A stretch of DNA of 63,483 nt, counting the filler, from Chiloscyllium plagiosum (taxonomy: Eukaryota): assembly GCF_004010195.1 (NCBI RefSeq). It is 4 parts of one record of this genome, joined end to end, with 100 filler letters (N's around TTAATTAATTAA, not from the genome) between each part and the next. Parts side by side here need not be neighbours in the genome. Positions count along the whole stretch, not along the records: positions 20,697 to 43,075 come from NC_057712.1; 3 more parts are not named here. One strand, written 5' to 3'. Positions within the stretch are counted from its first letter, which is position 1; each line of letters starts with the position of its first letter. A program made the translations under genes and the position numbers. Shown here piece by piece: positions 21,895 to 34,728 of the stretch. A model generated the notes under the pieces. The model was not told where the DNA came from. It saw nothing but the letters and a program-made list of their open reading frames with translations, and did not search any database.

Positions 21895-22400
21895 TTTTTA
21901 TTCATTTGTAGAATGTGGGTGTTGCTGGCTAAGCCAGCATTTATAACCCCTCCCGAAAGGCCCTGGAAAAAGAGATGGTAAGTTAAACTTTCACCTCAGC
22001 TTTCAGCATTAAACAACTGAAACAATTCAAGCAACAGCACCATATGTCATTTTATGTACAAAGAGTCAAAGCTTTCAAGGAGATAAGAATGGCACTGTTA
22101 TTCCTTTTTAAAAAGACAGGAGCAGTCAAATGTAAATGGTGTTAAGTGAAAGAGATTCCAGAATAACAACTCTTCCTTTTTTTAATTTGAAGAGTAGATT
22201 ATAGTACAGCTCGTGCCATAGAAGGTAGGTGATGATCTTTTAATTCACTTGTGGGACTCTGGAGTAGCCAGCTGGTTAGCATTTATTGCCTGTCCCTAAT
22301 CGCCCTTGAGAAGGTGGTGGTGGGCTGTTTTCCAGAATCACTGCAGTCCAGGTGCTATGGATTGACCCAAAACCATTAAAGAGGGAAATCCCTGATGGTA
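21895..22400 (-). mobile_element. Two short 3'-end remnants (21895-21985, 22238-22400) of a second LINE family (family B)
   Basis: AGCATTTAT..CCCTTGAGAAGGTGGTGG shared with 38165-39350, 42125-42400 and 50485-50850. Confidence 0.7.
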
Positions 22401-22844
22401 TCCAACCAATGGCTGCTACTTTAATGGCCACCAATAATGCAAGTTCATCTAATTTGTTGGAAGAAAGAACTTGTTCAAAGAAGCTGTTGATGTCATCACA
22501 AGCCGGTTTTCTGCTTATACTCATTAATGTTAAGCATCCCTTGTCCAACTGGCCATTGCTGTTTGACTGCTGGCCACCTCCTCCTGAAATGAGAGAAAGG
22601 GAGAGATTGAGTAAAAAGAAAATGGTAGGCGCCGCTGTTTAATACTGCTGTGGTTGAGGGGGGGGAGTTTTCCCCAGTGAATGAGTAGGCAGTGCAGAGG
22701 CCTTGCAAGTTTAGGAATGTGGGATGTTGAAGTCAAACAAAAGTGAGTAAGCAAAAATGCTGAAAGCAATCATGAGAGTTGCAGATGATGAGCGATGGTG
22801 GGAGATGAGTGTAGCAGCATAGAGTGAGTGTGAGCTCACAGAGT

Positions 22845-23035
22845 GTGGCACTTACCCTGGCAAAATAGAGACAAATATTGACCTTCTTACTACACTGCTG
22901 GCTGTTCCTCTGGAGCATGGTCATGGCACTGACCCTGGTGGCTTCTTACACCAGGCTGCCACGGTCTGGTGTCATGGCCTCCTCTGCCAGTCATCCAGGA
23001 AAAGGACAGCCCCTCCTCTGCTCCATCCCTTTGAC
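22845..23035 (-). pseudogene. Myb/SANT-like DNA-binding domain exon remnant, probably PIF/Harbinger transposon
   Basis: Frameshifted MEQRR..LF..RRP..TVAAW..RVSAMTMLQRNSQQCSKKVN..AR, ending at donor GTAAGT (22850-22855). Confidence 0.6.
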
Positions 23036-26000
23036 CTGTCAAAGGATTACGTTGCCATTTTCCCCATCCCTCACTCTTTGTGAATGAATGTTCATCAGCA
23101 ACAGGGCAGCATTGGCATGGCATTACTCATCCAGGTACTCAGCTGCCTTTTAAGTATGGTGCAGGTGCCAGGATGCAGGTGTTTTGGCATATATACAGTG
23201 AGTGGTGTGTTGTTCCTGGAAGGGTGAGCGGTAAAATAGATTTAGCATTAAGTAAGAGGGGTGTAATAAAGGCATGGTAGATAGTTAATGAGGCACATTT
23301 GATACGATACGGTGTGAAATTTCATGAGGCCTCGAGGAGAGAACCCCACCAAAAAACTCAATAAAACTAAAACTTTGCCAAAAAAAGGATTAACCTCAGT
23401 GTGTGTCACTGTCATGTGGAATAGTGTGTCTGCTACAGACCAGATTGTGTCGGCAGCTTCAGTCGCTGTAGGACATTATGAAATTAATTGTCTTGTTACA
23501 TCCACTCAGTAGCTCTGAGGGACATATGTTCCTGTCAGCACACAATTGCCCAATTTATTTAAATATTTAAGGAAATATTGTTTTTATGATTGTTTTTAAC
23601 TTATTTTTAATTTTTAAAAATTAATTTACTTTAGAATAAAATTGAGTGGATCTGACATTTCCATGCTATCTGTCAGTTTTGTTGATTTTATTTTGGAAGG
23701 TTTCTTGTTACAAGGCCACTAATGGTTCTGTCCAATTATAATGGGTTGTTTCTGCCTTATCCCTCCAAAATTATCCTTACCTCAATTTGGAACCTTGGCT
23801 TGTGACTCACTCTTCTTAAGTTGGATTAAAAACAATCAATTTATGATCATTATTTGCAGTCATTCCTTACCATTGCATTGTTCATTAAAACTAGCTCAGT
23901 TGGGTTTGTTTAAGGCCAATTTTTCTGCATTTAATTTTGCTTGGCAGATCTACCAAAAAGCAATTCTGGATTGGTATTCAATAGAAAACCTGTTGAGGCT
24001 GTATTTATGCTCTTCGCTTTACTCGTTTTACATTCTAGCTATCAAGTCTTCAGTCTGCTGTGCCTTTTGGTCATTGATGGAAGCTAATATACTTGCTAAT
24101 GAGATTAACATACTAGTCATGAAAAAAATCCAAGTTGTTGGTCCATTATTGCTGCTGCCCTGTGTTGCTTTTTTAAAAAGAAGAACTCATCAGGGTTCTA
24201 TGATTGCTTTGACCTTTTGCTGTCCTGGAAATAATTGTAGTCACCTCCCAATGGGTTTTTTAGAGGAAATGCTTTAGCGCTTGAGAATATTGCAACAAAC
24301 TATCAATACTGATTGTGAAAGTAATGTTTAAATTATTCAAAGCAGCAATTGCATTCAGGGAAAATACGAAAAGCTTTCACTCACCACTGAACAGCTTTTC
24401 CTTAACTTTTACTTAAAATTGAGCTAACTGATGGGGTCAAAAACTGGTCGTTATTTCTCAAATCAAAATTGTGGAATGGATAAGTTATCTCTAAACAAAA
24501 TTGTTTCTTTTTTCTAGTGTTTATTCACTGCCCCAAAGGCAGTGCATCATCAGCGTTTTCATTGTTGATTCCCACCTCACAAAGTCAATTCTACAAATGT
24601 GTTTCCCAAGTCTACATTACATATTGGCTGTTAGACTACTAGTATGGTTCATAATGATGTGTTTTGAGTACCCACAAGTCATGTGATGATGGAAAATATT
24701 GAACAAACTACTATTCACATTGTCTTCAATGTAAAGTAAAAGCAGAAAGTACTGGAGAGATTCAATAGATCTGGCATACCTGTGGAGAAAGAGAGCCCAC
24801 ACATTGAATCCAAAGACTCTGGAACAGATGTCTAAACTCTTTTAGTCTAATCTACAATTAATCAGTGCCTCTAAAGAATTGCCAAAAATCCAGCTCATTT
24901 ACACAATTTATTTTGCCTGCATCAAAAATACAGATTATAGATAAGATCACATGATGTATCTGCTCCCGATTCCTTTGAAAATAGTCTATTTACATAAATA
25001 CTCATAGTGTTTACTTCAGCAGTTCTTCTCTCAAACAAAGTTCCCTGCCCAAATCTTTTGAGCAATAGCTTTAGTAGCAATTTATCTCTCTACATTGTAG
25101 TTAATAGATCCTTTTTTCTCTGTTTATTATACTATCCATTAATGTTTTACTTTCATGACCATGCTTGATGTGTTCCTTGTCACTTATTTCTTTTCAGAAG
25201 GATTTCTAAAAGTACTCGGACAATTAAGCCAAAAGCTAAACTATACTTGCTCCTGTGACATCCCAAAGCTGTCCTATTTATTATAGAATGGCTGTTATTA
25301 CAAGTTACCAGGAATCTGATGATTAACCCTTATCTTTCCAGGATGTCTAACATATCCATGTCCTTTTTTTATTCACTTCAATGCATGCTTGCATGTGATA
25401 CTATTAAAATAGGTAAACTATAAAGAGGCTAACAGGGGTTCAAGACATCTCAATATGCCAAATATGCTATATCAATTAATCTAACAAGTTTATAAATTTA
25501 GTCAAAAAACAATGAAATTCTAAGACTATTCCTATTTAGCAATGTGAAACATCAAAATAACTTAATGAGGCAATTGCTCTTTCAATGTTTTATAGCTTTT
25601 GAAATTTTTTAAAAATACATTTTGTAGAGTACTTGTATTAAACACTATAAATGAACTTTGGAAAATAAGATTAGTTTGTTTTCAAAACTAAATATTTCTA
25701 TAATCATCATTTGCTGAATGGTGGACAATTTTATTACTGAATGAATAACCAGAAATATGATAGAAGAGACGACTCAGACAGCTCAGTACTATAATAGGAC
25801 AAAGAGGAAAGGAAAGAAACAGATGAAGGCAGCGTACAGCCAAGGGGGTACATCAGCTACTAATAATAACATTTTCAATTAAGTTCCTAATGTCCTTTGA
25901 CAGTGCATCTTATCTGAGCTCACCACACATCAATTATATTTTAAATATCATGCTAGTTCACCTGTAAATTAATTGTCATTTTGAAATTATTTTTCTTAAA

Positions 26001-26683
26001 GAAGCAAGTGCAGCAGTCATGTTTCTGTACCACTGTAAATAGTAAATTGACAACAAGTATGCAGTTTCAACTTTGCTCAGACTACATTCTCACCTTCTTC
26101 ATTTAAGGGCTTTCTCACTGGGAGAAACATATATGTAGGCCAACTTTTCTCGGCAAAGGCATATTTGGAAGAAGGTGGTTGCATTATGTTGGTTGTGACT
26201 ATGAAACAGTCTCACCAAAGCTGGTGCCACTTTGAATGATGCCGTAACTGTTTGAACTCTGGCATTTTGAGCCATTTTGATGAGATTACGTGATGGTTAG
26301 ATGGAGGTATATCTTCACTTGGAGAGGAAGTTGTCTAATCTGTCCCTCTATAACAATTTTTAGTTCCGATTGAACGTTGCAGAAATGAAATACCTATGGT
26401 AAATGTTCTCTCACAGTAAAATCGCAATCTTGTCCAGTCTGCCACCAAGATCATCATCTACACTGGAGCCTAGTGTCTTAATAGCTTAACTTACAGTATT
26501 ACAGCCCACATCTCTTTTTAAACTTCTGTAAACAAAAATAATACGCATACACATTGCGAAATTGTTCAAATTATTAAAATCTTGGAAGACAATATTTTCC
26601 AAGATATTTCTCTTGGCAACACTTTAATCAATCCAAATTAACTTATCCAGTTTGTTTTTAAACAAAAGCTTGGAAATAATTTA

Positions 26684-26895
26684 AAACAAATTCAGAAATT
26701 GCTAGAGAAACTCACCAGGTCTGGCAGCATTTGTGGAGAGAACGCAGAGTCAACACTTCAGATCCATTAACTCTTCTTCACTGGACCCAAAATGTTGCCT
26801 CTGTTTTCTCTCTACAGATGCTGCCAGATCATTTGAGTTTCTCCAACAATTTCTGTATTTTTTTCAGATTTCCAGCATCTATAAGTCTTTTTTTT
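26684..26895. mobile_element. Older fold-back PLE-type terminal remnant (family D)
   Basis: CAGAAATTGCTAGAGAAACTCA..TCTGGCAGCATTTGTGGAGAG inverted against CTCTCTACAGATGCTGCCAGA..TGAGTTTCTCCAACAATTTCTG; tail TTTCCAGCATCT as in family A; related scrap near 24735-24825. Confidence 0.7.
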
Positions 26896-29819
26896 GGAAA
26901 GAACTTGCATGTTGATTCTGCGCGACAACACCTTGACCAATCAGAGGTCACTTGCCAATCAGCCTCTCCTTTCATGCAGTCTGTCTTGTTGTTCCCTTTG
27001 AAATTTGCTATCCTTGCAATCTTGACCTAATCTGTTTAAATTCAACAGCAATTTTACAGCAACATTTCTCTCTTTTTTCCAGTACATTACAATCTAGCAT
27101 GTATGTAACTTCTGGCTGCAGTACTAACATAAGATTGCTGAGCATCAATAGATGAGCAAGAATCTTTTAAAAAGCAATTAACTAAAAAGCATTTGGGATT
27201 AGTCCAAAGGAAACCTGCTTGGGGTCAGAAGAAAATATTGTCTCTCCTAAAAAAAATGAGATGTTAAATGCAATTACAGAACTGAGTTACCTCAGTGTAA
27301 GTATTATAGTTTGTGAAAAATTTCAGACCAGACCAGAAGTGTTTGGTTAGAATGCTGAAGATTACTAAAAGATTGAGGAAGTCTATGATTTCAGTTGCAT
27401 GGGAGGTGAAGTGAAAAAGCTTCACCACTCTCAAGACTAAAACTGAAAATAAGCAGAAATGAACAGATTTGGCAGGGAAGGAAAAATTCTCTGGATTTTG
27501 ATCGATGTAAAGTGATGTTGTTATGGAATGGATGGTGTTTCGTTTTGATGTGTACTTTAAAATCTTTGAAAATATGTGATGTTTCAATAACTTGGTTTTG
27601 TTTCATTGTATTTACTATTTCTATTGTGTAATGAATGTCTGTTTTATTGTTTAACTGTTGCATTTTGATGCTGGAATGTATAAAATCAAGTCAGTAAACT
27701 GATTTAAGAAGTGGGAAACTGATTAATTTTATGCCTGATGTTGAAAACAAATTATTTATCTCCATGCCTGGTTTTCACCAGATGGAAAAATTATTTCTGC
27801 AAGATACACTTTTTTGAAACAGTGAGTTTAATGGCCTCCCACTAGATTACTGAAGGTGGGTGAGCACCTAAAGTAATGTGGTTGGCCAGTCTGTGAACAC
27901 CCTGCTCCCATCTGACCTCTCCCTCCACATTATCCAGGGTGAAGCGGGAGGGTAGGGTGTGCTAAGATACTAAGAAGCACAACCATATATTGGCCTTATG
28001 AGGCCTTTAATTGGACAATTAAAAGGAACGTAAGGGCCTATTCTTCATAATCTTTTGGTCTATAGGAGAAAGTGAAAGGAAGGTAGGTACTCCAGTGATT
28101 TAGAAAATACTGGCTACTGTTGTGTAGGAAGAATGGATTGTATCCTTTGGAAATCCCAGTGTCCATTGGAAATACCTCAAACACATGTTGAGCCTTTACC
28201 TGAAGAACAGTATCATTGACATCAGTGTTTGTGAATGGTTTGTTACCAATTGTTCAAGTTGCTGACAATTGGCCATCAAGTTGCATCATGATTTGAAGGC
28301 GATGCACCAATGATGAGGCAGAGAAGCAGCAGGGAATGAAACCTGCACTCTGGATCTCACTATCTCATGTGTCCGATGTACTCAAAGGTCCATGTGTTGG
28401 TAATCAGCTCGTTCAGTCACAGAAACTCTTGACCCTCAGTAAATATTGACCTTGAGTCAAGGGAGAGTTAATAGTTTTGAGACATTTCTAATCAACCTAG
28501 TATGATGTGCTATTGAGAAAGTTAGAAAGCCACAAAGGGATCAGTTCCATTTTTCACTTGCTTACTGGGTCTCAAGAGTTAAACAGTCCGCTGCTAAAAG
28601 GAGTCTCTGCAGTATAAATTGCATGCCTGTCATCTTACAGAATGAGACAGGAAATCTCAGCAGTGGGAGAGGCTGGCTGACTCTCAGAGAACTGATTTCT
28701 CTGGAGTCATACATGTGGATTCCACTTGCAGCCTCAGACAAAGGTATTTGTCCTCCCTGAACAAGACTGATAGCCTTGGCCATAACCCTATTAACTGCCT
28801 CCTGCTCCCATTATCATGCTTCCCCTTCCTATTAACATAGGTATGTGAATCTCACGTTGAGAACAAACAAAGTCCTTCTGTTTAAATCTGTTCCAATCAA
28901 CTCATGATTATGAAGAATACAATAACCAGTCCCTGTAATCCATTCACTAGTTATTACTGGATATTGACAATCACCGGGGATTGTAAAATTATAATTGCCC
29001 ATCTTAAACAATGTAATGACAATCAACCATGTGACTTATACACCTTTTGTATTATTCTTACAAAAGTGCTGCCTTTATGTGTCGAGCAGAGATTTGTGGA
29101 GAAGAGACACCACAAGTAGATGCATGACAACTTTTGGGGACATTGAAAATCGCTCGCCGGCTGTCCAAAAATAAATCATTGACCATTCTACTGAAACTTG
29201 TGTCATCTGGATTTGTGAAACAAAATATACGTCAACGCTATGATTCCTCTGGAACAAGTAGGAATTGAACCCAGGCCATGGGAATCCTGTGATTGAACCA
29301 CAAAAGCACCTTGACTGGATTTCAATCAAATTTATATTAGTTTGTAACATGTGGTCCATGTTAAACTCAATAGAAGAATACAGTCATGAAAGGCATCAAT
29401 TAGGGGATTAATTCAATCTGGCCACAGCTTCATTATATGGGACATGTCTTTTTACGTGTGTAGAATTTAAACTTTAGATTACTAGCAGGTGTTTTCCCTC
29501 CTGATGCATTGATTGAAATTAAATGACTATATTGAACGCCAGCAAAATTTGTTTTAACCAGCAACTTAAAAAGCAGCACTTGCAATAAATTGTCGAAAAT
29601 TACATATCTTAAATACGAAAGGTTACTGTATTGTTCTGTCTAATTATTATAGGTTTTTAATTTATTTCTGTCCGATTATTATAATTTCTTTAAAATTTAT
29701 TCATTTCAATGTAAATATCCTTGTTGTTTAATCAAATGGCCATATGAAATATCAACAGTCGATTCAATTTTGAGTTGATTTCTCCTCAAAAACCATAATC
29801 TACTGTTATGTCTGAATAG

Positions 29820-30145
29820 TCAGGATGTTCTCATTGGTGGGTGTGTACAGAACCAGGGATCACAGTCTGAGAAATCAGGGTGGACCAGATGAGGAGATAT
29901 TTCTTCACGCAAAGAGTGTGAGCCTGTGGAATTCATTACCACAGCAAGTAGCTGATGCCAAAACATTGAATGTATTCAAGAGGTGGCTAGATATAGCACT
30001 TGGGGCAAATGGGATCAAAGGTTATGGGGAGAAAGCAGGATTAGACTATTGAGTTGGATGATCAGCCATGATCATGATGAATGGCAGAGCAGGCTCGAAG
30101 GGCCAAATGGCCTCTTCCTGCTCCTATCTTCTATGCTTCTATGTC
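29820..30145 (+). mobile_element. CR1 3' end
   Basis: VSLWNSLPQ..GIKGYGEKAG; GGCTCGAAGGGCCAAATGGCCT; TTCTATG tail. Confidence 0.9.
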
Positions 30146-30566
30146 AGTTCAGGGTGCGGATGAGAAGGCTTTCTGCCAGTAAGTTTTATTTAAGGCAAAG
30201 TTGCATTATTATTTCAGTGATTTTTGCTGTAAATAAAGTATAACAGGGATGTGTATACCCCTGCATTATGTTTCTATTACTGAGTATGTGATTTTATGTG
30301 GATGATGTGGACCTCTTGATTATCCAGAATATTTGATCAACCAGCATACTCCTGGTCCTACAGGTACTGGTTAATGAAAGGTTTGCTGTACTTATCAGGA
30401 TTATAGGTGTTGGAACTCAGGACTAGGACTACTTTAAAATCTCACCTCTCTGCGCTGCTGCTAGTGTCATGCATAATGAGACATTGCAAAGGGTCATTGG
30501 AAGTTTATAATGCTAGATGTCAACTTGGGTTTTGAATAAATGCTTCTTATCACTGTTCATTTGATG

Positions 30567-30768
30567 AATCAAAAAATGTGGCGCTGGAAACGCACAGCAG
30601 GTCAGACAGCATTCGAGGAGTAGTAGAATCGATGAGGAATGTGGTTGAAGGGCATATGCTCGAACTATCGATTCTCCTGCTTCTCGGATGCTGCCTGACC
30701 GCTGTGCTTTTCCAGTGCCACACATTTTGACTCTGATCTCCAGCATCTGCAGTCCTCACTTTCTCCCA
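30567..30768. mobile_element. Fold-back PLE family A insertion with 12-bp TSD
   Basis: Inverted arms about 30567-30623 and 30668-30731; TSD GTTCATTTGATG at 30555-30566 and 30769-30780. Confidence 0.88.
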
Positions 30769-30834
30769 GTTCATTTGATGGTTGAGTATACAATAAATTC
30801 ATTGAAACTTGCTGTTGCAATATTACATCACAAG

Positions 30835-31980
30835 ACCATAAGATATAGGAGCGGAATTGGGCCATTCAGCCTATCAAATTTGCTTCACTATTTGTTCGTG
30901 GCTGATCTGTTTCTCAATCCAATTCACCTGCCTCCTTCCTGTAACCTTACTAATCAAGTATCTCTGAACTAAAGACACTCGGCCACTTCACCTTCACAGC
31001 ATTTTGAGGCAATGAGTTTCACAGATTCACCACCCTATGACTGAAACAATTTCTCCTCATCTCAGTTCTCAAGGGTTGCCCCTTCACTCTAAAGTTGTGC
31101 CCTTGTGCACTAGTTTCTCCTTCTAGTGGAAACATCTTCTCCATGTCTATCCAGGCTTCTCAGTTTTCTATAAGTTTCCCCTCATCCTTCTAAACTCTGA
31201 ATATAGACCAAGAGTCCTCAACTGCTCCTCTATTCCCGGACAATCGTGTAAACCTCCTCTGCTTTCTGCCACTCAGCCAATCCTCTATCTGTGGCAATAC
31301 TTTGTCACTAACATTGTGGGCTTTTATAAGATTTAGCAGCCTCCTGAGCAACACCTTGTCAAAAGCCTTTTAGGAACCCAATTAGATCATATCCACTGGC
31401 TCTCCTTTGTCTAACTTGCCTGTTACTTCCTCAAAGATTTCTAACAGACTTGTCAGGCATGACATACTCTTGATCAAGCCATGCTGACTCAGCTCCACTT
31501 TGTTATGCACTTCCAAATAGTTTGCAATCTTATCCTTAATAATGGACTCAAAAAACTAGTCAATGAATGAGGTCAGGATAACCAGTCTGTGTATTTTTTG
31601 TCTTCTACCTCCTTCCCTCTGCTCCTGACTGTCATGAAGCTCTGATATATTGTTGGTGTCTTCCCCTGTGAAGACTAATGCAAAGTACTTATTCAGTTCG
31701 TCCACCATTTCTTTGTTCCCAACCCTACTTCTCCAGTCTCATTTTTCAGCATGTCCATTCTTTCCTCTTTCTCACCTTTTGTCTACATAAAAATCTCCAA
31801 CATTCGCTTTTATAATACAAGCTAGCTTACCCTCATATTCCATCTTCTCTCTATTTATTAAGATTTTAGTTGTTCTCTACTGTTTTCTAAAGGCTTCCCA
31901 ATCCTTTGGCTTCCTATTAATCTTAAACACGTTGTATGCTTTTCTTTTGCTTTTATGCTGTCCCTGACTTCTCTCATCAA
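30835..31980 (-). mobile_element. Degraded, internally deleted CR1
   Basis: ACCATAAGATATAGGAGC tail complement; colinear similarity to 16085-17700. Confidence 0.8.
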
Positions 31981-32399
31981 TTTTATAAAAAGTGATAAAA
32001 CGTTTCAGTATTGCTCCAGTGGTTACAATGAGTGTGAGCATGTGTTGTTTATTGTACACATAGGTATGCACTATAATCTAATCTAACAGCAATAATCTTG
32101 GTGTGTCTAAACACTATGTGATTCACCTGCATTGTCTAGCATTGTTCTGAACTGGGGAAATCAGAATTGAGTTATGCGTTACACACTAATTAGTACACAC
32201 AAGTTAGTATTTTCATTTCAAAAGGAGGTAAGTTCCTAATTGCTAATCATAATGCTCCACATGAAAGATAGCTGTTGGGGTGAATATTTTGCTGTTTTCA
32301 GTTTCATTAATGGTGCAAGAAAATTGTTTGCTAGTTTCTATTACTTCTTGTACACCGTTTAAACATATTGCCCAACTTCTCTTGGCCTTTAAACTCAGA

Positions 32400-33070
32400 C
32401 ATTTATAGGTCAAAAAGGAGCCATTCAGTTCATCATATCCACACCAGTCAACAAATATCTAAGTACACAAATCTTATTTTGCAGTTCTTGTCTATAGCCC
32501 TGGAGATTATGGCAACACGAATGAAAATCAAAATACTGCCTAAATAATATAAGAATTTCTAACACAATCACTCTTTCAGGCAGTGAGTTCCAGACTCCCA
32601 TCACCCTCTGGATGAAAACATTTGTCAACTGGCCTCTCAGTATTCTAGCTCTTATCTTAAAGCAGGGTGGCATGGTGGCTCAGTGATTAGCCCTGCTGCC
32701 TCACAGCACCAGGGTCCTGGGTTTGATTCCAGCCTTGGGTCACTGTCTGTGTGGATTTTGCATATCCTCCCAGTGTCTGCATGGGTTTCCTCCGGGTCCA
32801 CAATCCAAAAGGATGTGCAAGTTAGGTGAATTGGCCATGCTAACTTGCCCATAGTGTTAGGTGCAGTAGTCAGGGGTAAAATGTCGGGAAATGAATCTGG
32901 GTGGGTTATTCTTTGGATGGTTGGTGTAGATCTGTTGGGCTGAAGTATCTGTTTCAGATTATAGACGCTCTAACCTAATCTATGGCTCCTCTATTGATCA
33001 CTCTACTCCTGTAAAAAGTTCCTTCCTTTCCATCTAATCTATGCCTCTCATAGTCTTACGCATCTCTAAC
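32400..33070 (-). mobile_element. Old CR1 3' end interrupted by a SINE
   Basis: FIQRVMGVWNSLPERV. Confidence 0.7.
32665..32980 (+). mobile_element. HE1-like SINE
   Basis: GGTGGCATGGTGGCTCAGTG A box, GGTTTGATTCC B box, body as 45544-45877. Confidence 0.88.
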
Positions 33071-33169
33071 AGATCCCTACAATTTTTCTAAAGCATATTA
33101 GTGATTAGCCTTCTTTATTCCCACTGGCATTGGTTGCATAGAGCCAGAATGTATGTCAGTGGCATTGTT

Positions 33170-33275
33170 TAGAGTCATGGAGCATGGAAACAGACCCTTC
33201 AATCCAACTGGTTCATTCTGACCAGATATCCGATAATAATCTAGTCCCATTTGCCAGCGTTTGGCCCATGACCCT
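33170..33275 (-). mobile_element. Very short CR1 3' UTR fragment
   Basis: AGCATGGAAACAGACCCTTC..TCTAGTCCCAT, similar to 56095-56165. Confidence 0.7.
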
Positions 33276-33385
33276 TCAGGGTTTATACTGCTTTCACATG
33301 CTGGGTCAGTTAGACTGTGGTGTGAGAATGAAGAGGGTGGAGAATTCAAAACTGTAACTTATACTTAATGGAAATGTTTACAATA

Positions 33386-33616
33386 CAGTTGCTCTCCTCC
33401 CACCCCCCCAACCCCCGTACCCGCGTGGGATATGTTCCGGGACCTATCACGGAAGCCCGAAACCACAGATAGGAGCGAACCCATTCATTTCAATGGGAAA
33501 TGTACCTTCCTGACAGCCTCCTGGTCCCTGGTTCCCTGTAATCCGTGGTAATCCGTGGTAATCCATGGATAACCGAAACCGTAGAAAACGATTCCGTGGA
33601 TACAAGGCTCGCCCTG
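33386..33616. mobile_element. Tigger/pogo-like non-autonomous DNA transposon (MITE)
   Basis: TA|CAG...CTG|CA ends; imperfect subterminal inverted repeat CCGTACCCGCG / CGTGGATACAAGG; CGAAACC motifs; internal 10-bp tandem TAATCCGTGG. Confidence 0.6.
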
Positions 33617-33624
33617 CATCAGCA

Positions 33625-33880
33625 TTTGCTTTGAACTTTTTTTTTAAATTCAGAATCAGCCTTAACTATATTCAATTGTGGCACATTCACAATCTTCTGA
33701 AATACAGAATTCCAAAGATGCACAGCTCTCTGAGCGCAGAGGTTTCTTGTTACGTCCATCCCAAATGATTCTCCCTTTACCTTAAACTGTGCCTCCTTTA
33801 CCTTGTCACACACCTTTGCAATCTCGAAAGTTTCAATTAGATCAATTAATAATCTTCCAGTTATCTTCAGTAAATCTTTC
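33625..33880 (-). mobile_element. Degraded CR1 C-terminal fragment
   Basis: DLIETFEI..QRAVHLWNS. Confidence 0.7.
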
Positions 33881-34537
33881 AATGTCTTGGATCCTCACAA
33901 CATTCTATTTATAACTGTAGCCCCTCACACATCACCAGCTTTTTCACACACACAAAACATTTTTAATTGAGGAACACTCGGGAATTCTGGTCACATGCAA
34001 AGTTATTGAAGCTTTACACGCCAGCTTTCACAGATGAAGGGATATCGGTTTCTCCAGCTGTTAGAGAATGGGGATATTTTAATATGAATAACTGTGTGAA
34101 CATTAATTAAAAACATACATTTTTTTAAAATAAGGTTTCCTGAACACCACTCTTTTCTGTCACATAAAAAACAGTTCGATGTGCAATCATCAAAATAAAT
34201 AGCTCTGAAAAGAATATTTGATTAATAATACACAACAATTCAAATGGATTTCTTGGCGGAGGACGCTGCGATATAGTCTGCTGATTTTTTTTATTGTTGA
34301 ACATGTGCTACTTTGCAATATTCACTAAATAAAATGGATCAGCAGGATGACAATCAATTTCGGATGTGCATGACTGAAGGATGGAAATATGATTGTACTG
34401 CACTGAAATCATCGGTCTCTATTTCTCAACTGGCATAGCTGCCCAGCCCAACATCAATAAAGTCATTCAAATATACATTGCTGTCAATACATTTAATGCT
34501 CCAATAAGCAGCACTAAGAAAAGCTTGGAATACAAGA

Positions 34538-34728
34538 AGGAGAAAGTGATGACTGCAGATGCTGGAGATCAAATTCAAAATGTGTAGCACTGGCAAAGCA
34601 CAGCAAGTCAGGCAGCATCTGAGGAGCAGGAGAATTGATGTTTCGGCCATAAGTCCTTCATCAAGAATATGGGATCAGGAGAAGGGGGCTGAGAGATAAA
34701 TAGGAGGATGGGAGTGGGGAGGTTGGGG
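34538..34728 (-). mobile_element. PLE family A pLTR remnant with tail
   Basis: Minus strand TTGATGAAGGACTTATGGCCGAAACATC..AGCATCTGCAGTCATCACTTTCTCC. Confidence 0.85.

Noticed and set aside
23741..24277. 178-aa hydrophobic ORF
   Set aside because: No domain motif; composition mirrors T-rich DNA, and parts may be antisense decayed LINE
30300..30390. Possible tiny Tc1/Tigger-like MITE ending GGTTTGCTGTA
   Set aside because: Left terminus too decayed to confirm TIRs or a TA duplication
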